Below, in pieces: positions 28,611-39,957 of a stretch of DNA of 64,000 nucleotides (position 1 is its first letter; every line of letters starts with the position of its first letter). The position numbers and the translations under genes are program-made. The notes under the pieces were generated by a model, which worked only from the letters and a program-made list of their open reading frames with translations, was not told where the DNA came from and made no database searches. This DNA is from Camelus dromedarius (Eukaryota): assembly GCF_036321535.1 (NCBI RefSeq), contig NC_087445.1, positions 744,001 through 808,000 of the forward strand. The letters run 5' to 3'.

Positions 28611-29592
28611 GGAGAATATGTCATAATTTTACTTGTGAAATTAAAAACTGATTTTTAGGGCATTCAACAACAGTAGGAGTAGGATGCCAAATCAGCCTGT
28701 CTGTCCTGGTTTTAGCACTGAGAGTCCCAGATTTTGGGTAACCTTCAGGCCTGGGCACACCATTCAATCTAAGGGGGAGAGATCCTAGGGAAAAGAACGG
28801 AAAAGACACTGCCTTGTTTGAGTGAAGTTAACATAGGAGGAAGGACTGATGCTCTGAGAATTGGTGGCCCCTTCTGACCCAAGCTGGCCAAACTCCGAAG
28901 TCCCACCCGACTCCAGGCCTTCAGATGGGGCTGGCCTGAGGAGAGAGGGGGTAAGGCTGTGGGAATCTGGTACAGGCATTGACCACAGAGCTTGGAACTT
29001 GGAGACAGGGTGGTGGTGGAAGGCGACAGGCTAGGACTCTTCTAGGTGCTGGGGACAGAGGGCCTGCCACTGGGGGAGTCATGGTGGGTGACAGTGTTGG
29101 GGAGACAGGCATCAGGAAAGGATTCCCTGAGGAGGTGAAACTGAGTGGAGACCCAAAGGATGCACAGCAATTGGCTGGCCAGGGTGCTTGGATAGGGGAC
29201 TGGCAAGGACAAGAGAAGCAGGGCCGCTTTTGCTGGGCTGCAGCTGGGCCTCCAGCACTGCCGGGCACCTGCCCTGCGTCCCCTTGGTGCGTCCTCACAA
29301 CACCCCAGGAGGTGGGAACTGTGTTTTACAAATGAGAAGACAGGCTCAGGACAAAATCCTCAGTACCACCTTTGACTTCTTACACCTGTCATCAGACTTG
29401 TAACTAGCAAACGACAGACCTCCTAGCCTTGGCCTCCTGCCCTCCCGACTATGTCCTCTGTGGCTCAAGCCCCATCACCTCCCACCCAAACTATTGTCGC
29501 TTTCCGCCAAACCCCTCACCCTATCTATTGTCTCACAGCAGCAGAAGGATCCTTAGACCCGGAGCAGATCACACCCCCTCTGCTCATAACCC

Positions 29593-29793
29593 CGTCTTTA
29601 AGTACTTTCAGTCTGCTGTAGCAACACCATGATCAGGAGGCTTATAAGCTACAGACATTTATTTCTCAGGGGGCTGGAAGTCCAAGGTTACGGTGCTGGC
29701 AGATTCAGTGTCTGGTGGGAACCCGCTTCCTCTTCCTTCGCTGTGTCCTCCCATGGCAGGAGGGGTGAGGGGGCTCTCTGGGGGGCGGGGGTC
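29593..29793 (-). mobile_element. MLT1 (MaLR) LTR fragment, interrupted by an ERV1 LTR
   Basis: GACATTTATTTCTCA..GGCTGGAAGTCCAAGG..GGCAGATTCAGTGTCTGGTG. Confidence 0.8.
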
Positions 29794-29992
29794 TGTCAGT
29801 GAAAATAAACAAAAAATAATCAATAATAAGAATAGATGAATTTTACTTGAGCCAAACTGGGGACTCTGACCCAGAAGCCAGCTTCCCAGATTATTATGAG
29901 AAGGTGCTCCAGAGAAGCATGGGTTTTAAGCACAATTTCACATCTTATCAGAACAAAGAACATGAAACAGGTACACATTTCTTTAAGGTGTC

Positions 29993-30023
<31 letters not shown>

Positions 30024-30503
30024 CCATGTACACAGCAAGTCCGTACGGCCTTGTCACCTGGGGAGGGAGTCTTACCATCAAAGGAGTACCCGCATTGGCG
30101 TCCCTGGGCAGAGACGCGTTTAATCCTTATTTTTAACTTGGATATTCTTCACTCTGGTCAATGTGCTCCTTTCTTTAATAATTAAAGTAGATGTACAATG
30201 TATTCTTTTTTTGTGGCGTTGTTAGGTTTTATAGGCTTGGTATTTCATATGCTAATGAGAAGGAGGATTATTCCAATTACATTGCGGAAGGGGCAGGGAT
30301 TTCCGGGAGTCAGGCTCCCTGCCCATTTTTTGACCTTTTATGGTCAGCCGAGGAACTGCCCTGGTGCTTGTGAGTGTGCCATGAGTCCCAAGGTCTACTG
30401 GAAGCCACATCCTACCCATCTCGGTTCTAACCTGTTTGTCCTGTCTTCAACTGCTGTGTCATTCCTTCAATGGTTGTGCCCTGACCCCTTCCCTCCTGTC
30501 TCA
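29794..30503 (-). mobile_element. ERV1 3' LTR, MER41-like
   Basis: On minus: starts TGAGACAGGAGGGAAGGGG right after polypurine tract AAGGAGGGAA (30504-30513); TATAAAA at 30227-30233; ATTAAA at 30119-30124; ends TTTTCACTGACA. Confidence 0.8.
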
Positions 30504-31755
30504 TTCCCTCCTTAGAGATCTTACTCCCATATTCTTATGGGGAGCAGAGGGACAACGATCAGTCTTCTGTAGCTGCTTCAGGACTGAGTAAGGGCGTTGA
30601 CCCTGCCTGTCAGGGACTAAAAATCTCTGGATGCCTGATCTAGGGGTCCCAGGGACAGGACAGATGGTGACATGGCTGGAATCCTCGTACAGTCATAATC
30701 TTGATGCGGAACTGTTGGAACTGCTTCCATAGCCTTCTTGTGACTATTCTTGAAGATGAAGCTCTTTTGCAACAGCACCAGAGTCCAACAGTAACTCTCC
30801 ATAAATGACAAAAGACTTAAGAAGGTGTGGTTAAATACCAGATTGCAATGTAATCAGCAAGGAAGCTTGGTCACAATTACTGGAATTATGACTGACTACA
30901 CTTAACATACCAGATAATCCTAGGTAATTTGCTATTTCTCCAAGATGCCTCAGGGTTTGTCTTCCACAAACCTCCCACAATTTTCTGTATTTATATTATT
31001 TTGCCCCTTATTTTCTTTTCCATTCAGAAACAACCAGCTTTAGGACAAAATCTGCTTTCTTTTCCCTTAACAAAATGCAATTCCATTCCTCATACCTTCT
31101 TTTACTGAAAACACAGATCTTACTTTCTGGCACCCTGAAATGTTTCCCTTACATTTAGTAGCTTTAGTTTTACTTTCCTTCCTAGGTACAGCAGGAGTAT
31201 TATACTTAACATTGATGACTCTAAAGACATGTCTATATTAATCAAACCAACAAGCTTAAGCTAGCTTCAATATCAGATATCAATTTCCAGATCACATGGA
31301 CCTGAAATTCACTCTGGCCACTTACGTTTATATTTCTATTTACATAAGCACTTAATTTCCTTTAGCCAATTAACTAGTGCTCTTTTACAAATTAATTTTG
31401 GCAATGCCACATATCTATCACACACATATAGATACATACAAACACACAAACGCAGAGATCTCATAGTTCCCATTGGCCATGAATCAGGTCCAATAATGTA
31501 AGACTCTTCAATGACAATAGATTGGATTCAAAGTGGGTTTCCGGCAGATGGAATAAATCAAAGCCACATGTCTAGATGGCCTAACACTTTTTACTAATAT
31601 TTATGGAAAAGACGCAAGATTTCCATTCGTCCTTGACAAGTTCCAAATTACTTACCCCCTTTCTCGAAATTTGCATTTTAAAAAGATAGTGAGATAAGCG
31701 TTCCTGGTTTTCTCCAGGAAAATGCATCTCAAAGGCTTGAGAAGAAAAGCAAGTT
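30504..31755 (-). mobile_element. ERV1 internal 3' segment (non-coding, MER4/MER41-int-like); 5' part and 5' LTR missing
   Basis: Contiguous with the PPT of the LTR; AT-rich, no intact ORF. Confidence 0.55.
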
Positions 31756-31757
31756 GC

Positions 31758-31867
31758 TCCTAGGTGTGGGTGGGGAGGGCTATGTATGACCTCTGTATTT
31801 TCTGCTCAATTCTGTTGTGAACCTGAAACAGCTCTAAAAGAATAAAGTCTATTAAAAAAAAAAAAAA
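31758..31867 (+). mobile_element. L1MA/MB-type extreme 3' end with poly(A)
   Basis: TTTTCTGCTCAATTCTGTTGTGAACCTGAAACAGCTCTAAAAGAATAAAGTCTATT followed by A13. Confidence 0.8.
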
Positions 31868-31869
31868 GA

Positions 31870-34320
31870 GAAAGAAACAGTATTGGATATCTGGTGGACA
31901 AAGAGATGACCACCTTAATGCCATATGAGCAGTTGGAGTCCTGGTACCTACAAACTCTGTACAGTAACCCTGTGTGACCCTTGCAAAAGGAGAATTGCTT
32001 GCTTGCTGATGGAGCATTTACACAGACTGGAGCTCTTGGCAAAAGCCCATGAGTGCCACCCAGTGGTGATCATAGGAATTTTGGGGCTGAAAGTAGAAAT
32101 ACCCACGTTATGTTGTGTGGTATTAGAGACACACTCTGATAAAGAAGGCAGTGGCCAGAAGCATTCCATAATAATGCGGAAATGGTTTATACAGGAAGGT
32201 GTTATGAGAGAATGCAAAGAAGTACTCATAATATTCATGTGCAGGTGGCCTTTTTCCCTTTAGGGCAGCTTTGGAACCATGAGGAGCTGCAGCTCTCTAT
32301 TGACTAAAAAAGAGCCATTTGGTTTACAAATGGCAGCACCAAGGTGGACGGACAACGTTTTGGTTCAAAAGTCAGTGCACTGCAATCGACTAATGGAAAA
32401 ACTCTAGTTGAAGAACAAATCAGCTCAGTGTGTTGAATTTCGTGCTGTTTTCTTGCTGGGATGATAAGAGCCTTTCAGTGTGGGTTTCTACTGACTGGTG
32501 GGCAGTGGCCGATGGCCTTGCCATACAGCCAGGCAGAAGGGCCTTGGAAAACTGGACTTTTAAAGAAAAATAGGTGATCTGATTAGAAATGAAAAGTAAG
32601 ATGGTGTTCCCAGGGTCACATTTGGTACATCAGCCACGATGGCCGGAAAATGGACCATTAAAGGATGTTCGTGTAGAACATGGCCCCATGAAATTACTCT
32701 GGGGATCAAAGGGGCACATTCAAGCCGGCCGTGTCAATGCCCGTCCGGAGACCCCATATGCAGCTGCAAAGTAGACAGTATGAGACCACTGCCAGTGGTC
32801 CCAGGGGGTATAAATGAGTCCTGACAGGAATAGACACTGACTCTGGACTGGGCTTTGCTCACCTGGTAGCAGATGCAAATGCTCAAAGTACCATAAAGGG
32901 ACTGAACAGAAGATGCCGTACCCATTTCAACTGCCACGTCACATTTTTTTTAGACCAAGGAACACCCTTTATGACCCACCTAAGCAAAGAGATACCTCGT
33001 TAAGTGGACTCATCATGTTACGTAGCACCCTCAGAGCAGTGATTTAATAGAGAATGGTAATTCTGTACCTGTGTAACCCATCCCTCTATGAAAGGAAGTG
33101 AACTGAAGGAGAGGCACTTGCTAGGCTAAGATTGCTGCTCAGTTTGGGTCAGTGTAGTGGTGGAAAAGTTTGGGTTGAAACCAATGACAGATTGAAGGTG
33201 AACTAGTAGTTGAGAGCAAAGAAATAAACACATCAAAGGTTATGCAACAAGGGAAATCAACATTACCTTGGTGCCTCGAGGTAATCTCAGTCCAAGAGAA
33301 CGATAGTGTCTCTTAGCACAAGTATACCAGATGTCCAGAAGGGTGAACCCATATGTTTGCTCTAGGAACCTGACAAGGTCATGTGGCAGTCTGTAAGCCC
33401 AGTTGACATCCCACAGGAAGACATCGTGGCCATGTGATACATTGGTGAACAGGATCGATTCTCGATGGCTCAGTGGAATTCCAGGGATGCGCCGGTATCT
33501 TAACTCTTCCTTCTCAGGTTGTGTCTACTACAGAGGATATCACCAGGGAAGGAACTTTTGGAGATTACTCCTTACCAGGACTTCAGGCCATGTGGCATTT
33601 GGCTTCCAGCAGACTGATTACTGTGTAACTACAAATCTTAACAATCGAATGCTTGGAGAGGTCCCTGGTTTTCATGGACAAAATATAGCAGCGGCACTCC
33701 CGACATAACAGTGTTCAGTGCACAAGTACATACCATCTTTTCCCTGGATGGAAAGCTGCTAGATAGAACAGGAAAAACCAGTGGGTTCCTGACAGTGTTA
33801 AAGCGGTGGTAGTCACGTGGTGGGTTCAGATTCCCCTGGGAAACAGGTGCACTGTGAACAGAAAAGATGATGGGAGGCTTTATTGGCATACTCAGACTAA
33901 AGTATGTATACGTGTGACCACTGCTCATCTAACAGTACTATGAGGCCCCGGCATTTTTGGATACAAAACATGTATCCTTATTGCGCTCAGAATATTAGTC
34001 CACAGTGGCAGCAACGTTCCTGGTGGATTAACCGGTGGTGGCCCACAGACAGAACCCGGAGGAAGGTAAGTGATAGAATTCAGTCTGGAAAGATCATGAG
34101 GCTTTTATGAAGTGGGCTGGGCAGAGTTAGTTAACAAATAATGCTGGATAATGCTGGTGCCCAGCTTTGGGAAAAGGCTGAAACTGGACCCAACGTGGCC
34201 TCTTGACAATTTTATTTCAGATGGAAACCAAAGTGGCCATGGGGCAGTGACCCTCCATCCTGGCTGCTGAGGCCCTGGGGCACACCGAGGGAAGCCTTAT
34301 GGACCATCAAACTTGAGACG
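31870..34320 (+). mobile_element. ERVL-like pol relic (RT connection, RNase H, integrase), disrupted
   Basis: Degenerate ERVL motifs: GSGQKHSIIMRKWFIQE (cf. QQSIIKWKWYI), AIWFTNGS (cf. AWFTDGS), KSAQCVEFRAV, TDWWAVADGLA, HIQAGRVNA; frames are broken. Confidence 0.7.
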
Positions 34321-34490
34321 TTCACCGGGGCACTTGTAAGTTACACTGATGCATCATGCCTGCCCTTGACCACAGAACAGACCAGAATAAGACACATCCT
34401 GTGGTACAGTTAGCGAGGGAAAGAATTAAGTCTGAATCCCACCTGTGTCCCTGTGGGAGGGAAGTGATGCTTGTTGTATAAAAACACACA

Positions 34491-35630
34491 AGGGAGATCG
34501 GCCAAGATGAGAGTAGAAATATGCGGAGCTCACCTCCTCTTACAGGCACAGAAAAATTACAACTATTTATAGAGCAACCATTGGTGAAAAAGATCAGAGC
34601 CTATCATAAAAGACCTTCTGCAACTAAAGATAAAGAAGGAGACACAATGAAAGGTGTAGAAGGGGCAGAGTTGCAATGTAGTCAGGTCTTACACTCCTGG
34701 GTGAATAACTCATAAATGGGAGCACAATTACTACTGCAAAGGCCCTTCCAGAGGAGTGAGGGGCCCCAACCTGGGGATCCTGCTCTGGGAAGGCAAGCCC
34801 ACGGAAGGTTTGGCTTTGAAGGCCAGTGGCGCTTACTTCCGGGAGTCCCAGAGGGTGGGGGGTATAGTGACTCGATGCTTAAAGAGCCCACACACATACG
34901 TGGTCCAGGACCCAGGGCAGAAGCAGTAATGTGTCAGGAGCCTGGGCCAGACCTGCCTCTTGATGGGGGGAGTCTCCTGGAGAGGCATGAGGCAACTGCC
35001 GCTTACTCCGGGGCCATGAACACCGGCAGAAGCCATTTTTTTGGAGCTCGTTCTGTGATGGAGACACTGCTGCTGGCAGGTGCCATTTTGAAATCTCCCC
35101 TCTAGCTTATCAGCCTCAGGACCCAGCCCCAACCGCTCCCCTACAATAGCCTGCAGGCACCAGTACTGGGACAGCTCATGCAAAGCAACTACCCAGGTGG
35201 GGACACGGCCCCATCATCCAGCAAACAGGCGGCCTTGAGACTCCCTGAGCCTAGAGCTGCCCCTGGAGGTGGCCTTGGCCACTAGAGGGCCCAGGACCTA
35301 GCCCCACACACCATCACACAGGCATTAGATCTGGGGCCCCCAGAGACCCGCAGCCTTACCCACCAGCAGACAGACTCCAGCCACAGGGCACATACAACCC
35401 GGCAACCTGTGGACCCAGCCTAGCCACCAGCAGGCCAGCACCAGCCCTGGGACCAACACAAGCTTGAGAACATGGTGGGCCCCACACCAGCTGTGTCAGG
35501 ATCCAGCCCCACCCAAGAGCAGTGCAAACCAGCTCCGGAGCCCCTGGGCCTTGCAGCCAGATCCCAGGACCTGGCTCTGCCCAGCGGTGGGCAGCCTCTA
35601 GCTCCTGGATCTGGTGTCACCCACCAGTGC
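34491..35630 (+). mobile_element. Orphan LINE-1 5'UTR (Laurasiatherian type), no ORF1/ORF2 following
   Basis: Starts GGGAGATCGGCCAAGATGAG...GGAGCTCACCTCC (YY1-type start, mutated); has internal CCACCAGC-type repeats at about 35350-35630. Confidence 0.7.
35276..35292 (+). promoter_or_regulatory. Candidate CTCF binding site
   Basis: TGGCCACTAGAGGGCCC matches the core CCASYAGRKGGC fully. Confidence 0.55.
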
Positions 35631-37234
35631 ATTATTAGCACTCTGTTAGATGAGTGCTGGGGGCTGGCACCCCAGCCCCTCTCCTCATTGTCTAGTCAGG
35701 GCGGCTGCAACTCGAATAGTCATCAGGCCTCTGTGCTCTCTCTAGAGGCTCCCATGCCAGGCTGAATGCTCTGCTGTCACCATCTGTGTTCTTAAAACTT
35801 TAGTTTTTGAACATGTCTTAAAAGTGAAGGCAGATGGGACAATGGCGCATTCACGGGGACCCTGATGGTCCTACCACCCACCAGCATCCTTCTTCCCTAG
35901 AACAGGCTCTTTCTGGTGCCCAGGCCCTGCCCAGCCTCCCTGTCAACTTCTACCTGGAGCAGCAACAGATCCCTTTGGCAGGGAGGCTGGATGCAGGTAT
36001 GGGAGGGTTGGGGTCAGATATGCACACGCTGGGGTGTCTGTGGGCAGGGGGGTGGGCAATGCTGCATTAATTCAGGCTCTGAGTGTGGCTGAGACTTAAA
36101 GACACCTCAGGTGATGGCCATGGGGAATGCAGAAGCCCCAGTTTCCTCAGAGACCCCCAAGAAGGCAGGAGGGCGGCACAGGTGCCCATGAAGGTCTGTA
36201 CCCTTGTGCATGCCTTGAGCACACGTGCAGTCCCTTGGCTGGCTCTGAGCTCGGGACCCTCCCTTCCTCCTTCCAACCTTCCTGGGCCCAGCTTGCAGCA
36301 CCCTCTGTCAGGAATGAGCTGCAAACTGCAGATAGTATGAATCTGTATCGCTTTGGTGAGTTAAATGCTCTTATATTTGCATTTAAAATCGGCATTGCAC
36401 GCTGTAAAGATTAACGGTACAAGTCATGCCAAGTATTTAAAATTTAAATTTTTCTTTATTATGAATGAAACTAAATAGCAAATATAAGCAGGATGACAAG
36501 TCAAGAGAGAGACCGTGGAGGAAAGGAAAGAGCTCTGCAAGGCCCGCTTCAACAACAGGCCCACGCTTGCATTCTGCCCCGGGCCCTGCAAATCTCATGG
36601 TGCGTCCTATTCTTGCCCATGGTACCTGGCGGAGAGCAGGCCCCTGGGAATGTTTGCCGAATTAAATTGAACTTGGTGTAAAAGTCTTGTATAGCAATAA
36701 TTGAGCCAGCCCTGCCCTCGGCCCAGGGAACCGGATGCCTCCCTGAACCTTGGTAGGATGCAGCTACCCCAGCCCAGGGGTCTGCAAGCAGGCATAAGGG
36801 GTGTGTCTAAGAGGGTTGCCTCTGGGAACTCAGTGGGGTACCATTTGCAAGGATGCAGGAAGGTGGCTTTTCCCTGGGACTGACCTGGCAGGAGTGAGTC
36901 CAGGTGGGTGGCGTCACCTCCAAAGCCATCTTGGCAAAGGCACTTTGGATGGAGTCGGCTCCCTGTGGCTCTGTCAGGAGGGACCAAGCCCAAGAGAACA
37001 GCCTTCTGTTAGCCAGAGAGAAACTTAAAATAAAAACCAAACAACGAATCAGTTTCTATTACAGTTAGAAGTCTTCAGGGGAAAAAGAGTCTGTCGGAAC
37101 ATAAAGCTGCCCCAAATGGAATTTAGGCCTAAGTGGGAATCATGTGGTCCTATAAAATATTTTCCACTAGGTTTTGTGACATCCCTCTCTCACTGAGTCA
37201 TGTTTACTTCGGGTTTTCTTTTGAGAACAAAGTC

Positions 37235-37650
37235 ATTCCAAGGCTTCAGTGCCCGTGCCCCACTCCCAGGCCAACCGCACTCCATCCCTAAAGACAACAC
37301 CAACCTGAATTTGTGTTCCCACAGCCCATGCTTTTTCTTTTTCAATGTAAGTGCAAGTTATCATTTCTAAGTTCACACGAAGGGCTTCAGTATGTAAAGC
37401 CTGGAACTTGCTTTGTTTATTCAGTGGTGTGTTTGCTAATTCATCCATTTTGACATGTGTAGATTTAGTTCATTCCTTTTTACTGTTGTACTGCATTCAT
37501 TCCATTGTATTAATGTACCACGATGCACTCATTTCTTCTCCAAGTTACGGACATCTGATTTTTGACAATTTAAAACATTGCTTCGGTGACTATCCCTGTA
37601 CCAGTGGCCCTTTTAGCAAGTGCCAGATCATCTGCTATTTTACTGTTATT
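37235..37650 (-). mobile_element. L1ME-like fragment
   Basis: GTGCCCACTCCCAGGCCAACC...GTAGATTTAGTTCATTCCTTTTTACTG. Confidence 0.6.
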
Positions 37651-37679
37651 TACAAGGGATGCTAACACCACAAGCACTT

Positions 37680-38160
37680 CAAAAAATTTAAATTAGCCAA
37701 AGGCCATTAAAAAATTGTTATGCCAATAAATTTGCAAACCTAGATGAAATAGACAAGTATCTAGACAAATAGAACGGCTAAACCGACTCCATAAGAGACA
37801 TTCCTGAATAATCCTATAACCACTAAATAAATAAAATCAGTCATTAAAATCTTCCCATGCAGAAAAAAATAAACCCAGTACAGTTTGAGCAGAAAGTGCT
37901 ACCAGACTGGGAAGGAACCCATAATTCCAATGCTTCACAAACTTTCCAGCATATACAAAAGGAAGAAACACTCCCTGTTCATTTGATGAGGCTAACATAA
38001 GCTTAATGCTAAACTCTGACAAATCCCACATAGTTGGCCTTATATGGGAAAGGCAAATTACAGACCAATCTTCTCATGAACAAAGTTGCAACACTCCTAA
38101 AGAGAACACTAGCCAGCCGAATCCAGCCATGCATAAGAAAGATAAAACAGCATGACTGAG
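37680..38160 (+). mobile_element. L1 ORF2 fragment
   Basis: TATGCCAATAAATTTGCAAACCTAGATGAAATAGACAAG and TCATTTGATGAGGCTAACATAA. Confidence 0.8.
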
Positions 38161-38319
38161 TTGGGCTCACCTGCCCAGGCTTACAGTGCCGCGCCTGGCT
38201 GGTACCCGGTTTTCATGCCGCACAGGTATGTGCCAGGGCATTCCGGTCTGTTCCACTTGTCGTCTGTCTACATCAGTGCTAACACCTCGTTACTATTTAT
38301 AATACATCTTAGACTCTTG

Positions 38320-38620
38320 TAAGCACATGTTCCCCTGCCATATTCCCTCCAGAGTGTCTCGGGGAGGATCATTCCTGCTTCTCCCAGCTTCTGGCGGCTC
38401 CGGGAGTCCCATGGCTCATGGCCGCATCATTCCAATCTCTGCTTCCATCCTCACATGGTCTTCTCCCGGTGTGTCTCTGTGTCTTTCTCTACTTCCTCTG
38501 GAAAGGAAACCAGTTATTGGACTTACAGCCCATCCTAAGCCAGGATGGTCTTATCCTGAGATGCTTCACTCCATTACATCACCGTCCTGTGAAAGGACCC
38601 TCGGCAGAGTCACTGGGTCC
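38320..38620 (-). mobile_element. MLT1 (MaLR) LTR fragment
   Basis: CCAGCTTCTGGCGGCTCC...CCAATCTCTGCTTCCATCCTCACATGG...GGATGGTCTTATCCTGAGAT. Confidence 0.8.
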
Positions 38621-39957
38621 CAAAGAGAAATCCTAAACGCAAAGCCATTTCTGCACCTGTGTCTTGCCTTAGTGCTGACGGGGACGTCAGGGAAGCCACT
38701 GTCATGGCCGAAGCCACCTTTGAAGTGTGCAAATAGAAGCACGCTTCCTGCTGTAGGAAGGGTTGTTTTTCACAACTGAGAGAGAACAGAAACTCCAAGT
38801 ACTTGGTGACCTCAGAAACCACAGAAGCCACCGCAGCTCTCATCCCCGCCACTCTCACTCTTCCTTTCCATGCCTCTGTCTCCCTCACCTTCAGGGTTTT
38901 GTGGCCAGGGTCACTGTACATCCCTGTACATCTGCTGTTGAACGTCCCAGCAGTGGGAAGTGCATTGTTCCCTGCAGTTTGAAGACATCCCTGGGGGAAA
39001 GGATGGAGGATCACGGTGGAGGGAGGAGGAGTTAATGCTGCCCTCGGGCTCTGGGTGGGAGGGTCCTGCTCTGCAGCCACCCCCACCCCCCACCCCCCCA
39101 CCCCCTGCACAGAGATCCCAGGCCCCATCTAGCTCTTGGGATGAACTTGTAAGAGGTCTCTGTGGTCAGGGTGTATTCACTACACTGGAAGCAGGGCGAC
39201 AGCCTCCTTCTCACAGCAGCCTTGCCAGAGCAGAATTACCCCATGATCCCCACTCTGCAGATGCAAAGCTGGAGGCTCAGAGCACAGGGACTTGTCGGAG
39301 GCCATGCAGTGGTTCGGGTTGGACCCCGAGGGGAATGCAGGTCGTGTGTGCACTGCTGCTTCTCCCGTGGCCCTCCAGCCCTCAAGGGCCCGTACTCCAA
39401 GTCTGAACTCCTGCCCTGTCTCTGGCAGGCAGGCCCCATGAAGTTTCCAAAAGCCCAGATGCTGCGAGCACCTTCTTATTCCACAAGCACCCTGTCTGCC
39501 ACGTGCCGCATTCTAGGGAGGCAGTGTGATCGAGTGGAAAGAGCTGGAGTTGGACCATCCAGGCTTTATCACATGCGAGCAGCTGAGTTCTTCTCTCTAA
39601 GCTGACAACCATCCTAGAGGGCCAGGCAGGGGGACTTTGTGCCAGTGGCTTATTGAGGAGGGCTCTCTGGAGGAAGTAGTGCAGGATGGCGTGGGAGAAG
39701 GAGCTGGGCCAGGCTGGGGTCTCTGCTAAGGTCTAGCCTCAGCCTGATTCACGGGGTACAGGAGAGCAACTGGTACCATACGGATACTCTGGAAGCCTTC
39801 GGGCAAGGTCTGTGGACCGCTGAGATATAAGCGGCCAGCACTCTGAGGGACACTGGCTGGTGAAGGGAATCTGGGCAGGGCCCCAAGCTAAAGGATCGCA
39901 GCTCCAAGTTCTCCTGGTTTGTGCTTTTTGATCCGGAGACATGCCCCCTGATCAATG

